NCBI GenBank assembly: GCA_004431415.1
Contig: QPMI01000367.1
Span: 1 to 32,653 of the forward strand
DNA: 32,653 bases
Direction of reading: 5' to 3'
Source: Cyanophora paradoxa CCMP329
Taxonomy: Eukaryota; Plantae; Glaucophyta
The notes beneath the pieces were generated by a model. The model made no database searches. It saw nothing but the letters and a program-made list of their open reading frames with translations, and was not told the origin of the DNA. Of this stretch, positions 31,301 through 32,653 are shown in pieces (positions within the stretch are counted from its first letter, which is position 1; each line of letters begins with the position of its first letter). The position numbers were made by a program, and so were the translations under genes.

Positions 31301-32653
31301 GGGCGCGCGGAGGAGGAGGCGCGCGGGGAGCGGGAGGCGGCGGGGCGGGTGCGGGAGGCGGTGCGGGAGGCGGCGGGACGGGCGCGGACGGGGGACCGGG
31401 CCGGCCTCTACGACCGCCACGAGCTCGCCCTCGACGGCCTCTGCGTGCGCCCGCCGGCCGCGCCGCCGGCCCCGCGCCCCCGACGCCGCCCTGCAGCTCT
31501 GGGTCGCCCACGACTACACCGCATGGGCCACCGCCGCCCGCGCCGCCGCCGCCGCCGCCGAGGAGCCCGAGTCCGGCGGCAGCGGGAGCGAGGGGAGGGG
31601 GAGCGGGCGGGGCGCGGGGCGCGGGCCCGGGGGGAGCGGGTGGAGGCGGCGCTGGAGCCCGTCTCGCTCCGCGTGGCGCTGGAGGCCCGCGCGGCGCCGG
31701 GGGCGCGCGAGGCGGACCTGCCGCAGCTGCGGGTGGCGGCGGCGCTGCCGCGGGTGGCGGCGCGGGCGACCTCGTCGACGCTGCGGCGGCTGCTGCGGAC
31801 GGCGGCCGCCTTCCAGCGCGACGCCGCCGAGGAGGCCGCCGCCCTCCAGGGCGAGCCCCCGCCCCCGCCCGGAGCGCCCCAGGAGGAGGAGGAGGAGGAG
31901 GGGCGGGGGCACGCGGAGGCGCCCGCGAAGGAGGAAGGGGCCGGGGAGAGCCTGCTGGAGAAGGTGGGGTCGGTGCGGGGCCGGCGGGCGGGGGCCGGGG
32001 AGCCGGGGGAGGGCGGGGCGGGGCGGGAGGAGGGCCCGCTGGAGGCGGAGGCGCGCTTCGAGCTCGGCGAGCTCTCCATCGACCTCCTCGTCCGCCCCGC
32101 CCCTCCCTCCCTTGCGCGCACGCCCGCCCCTCCCCCGACGCCGGGCCCGCGCAGTTGGAGGAGGGGTACAGGCCGGAGGCGCGCCCCGGGGCCGACGAGG
32201 CGGCGCGGGCCTTCCTCGCGCGCCTCTTCGACGGGCCGGCCCCCGCCGGCGCCCCCGTGCGCTCCACTCTCCCACCCTCCGCCCCGCCGCCGCGCTGACG
32301 GGGGGCAGGGGATCGCGGCGCTGCGGGCGCGGGGCCTGCGGGGGAGGCGGAGTGGCGGGCCCTGCGGGCGCGGGCGTCCCTCTCGCTCGACGACCTCTGC
32401 GTGGAGGACCGCGTGTGGGCCGCCCTCACGGGCCGCCCCGCCGCCCTCCTCGCCTCCGCCCCGAGGGCGCCGGGGCGGACCCCGGCGGGCCGGACGTGCG
32501 GGCAGCGCTCGTGCTCACGGACGCGGCGCACGCGGGGTACGCGGGAGTGGACCGGGGGGCGGAGGTGCGGGTGCGGCACGCGCGGGCGCACGTGCGGCGC
32601 GAGACGCTCGCCGCCCTCCTCGAGCTCCAGCGCCTCGTGCGGCGCACCCTCCC
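28320..32653 (+). CDS. VPS13: VPS13-family lipid transfer protein, N-terminal part (runs off window end)
   Basis: Chorein_N: MQGILSSVLTHTLGGLLETPPNLSLSLYSG/KVTLSDVRLRPEALHERFDLPLAVVQ/GSIGRLELAIPWTKLRSQPLRLTLE; then NLE/VLVKDIHVRFED, KLASLDGLAAYVD, GWWRFA...RLRWEHL, LDVELHAPDILVP. Confidence 0.88.

Overview
Very GC-rich, intron-dense eukaryotic nuclear DNA, most likely from a glaucophyte alga (Cyanophora-like). This rests on a nucleus-encoded phycobilisome linker and a CtpA, both with Phe-containing plastid transit peptides. The supplied ORF track is largely misleading because genes are broken by many ~50-70 nt introns, often with GC donors. Manual splicing gives 14 genes: a partial coiled-coil gene, a tandem CpcG-domain phycobilisome linker (CpcK-like), a multidomain ferric-reductase-like oxidoreductase, a RING-finger coiled-coil protein, IFRD, a membrane protein, HDDC2, TAF11, a 114-aa micro-exon gene, CtpA, RPL9, a hypothetical gene, ELP6 and the 5' part of VPS13. 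The top finding is at 4364-8462(-). It splices, in one frame through the junctions I traced, into signal peptide + temptin domain + SEA-like domain + complete ferric reductase (heme TM, FAD and NADPH domains), an architecture I do not recognise as characterised. Other points of note are an intron shared by both linker repeats, an 8-nt micro-exon, frequent GC-AG introns, six consecutive head-to-head gene pairs (one with only 81 nt between ATGs) and an 11-mer satellite with higher-order structure. All gene models are manual and were not checked against transcripts or databases.
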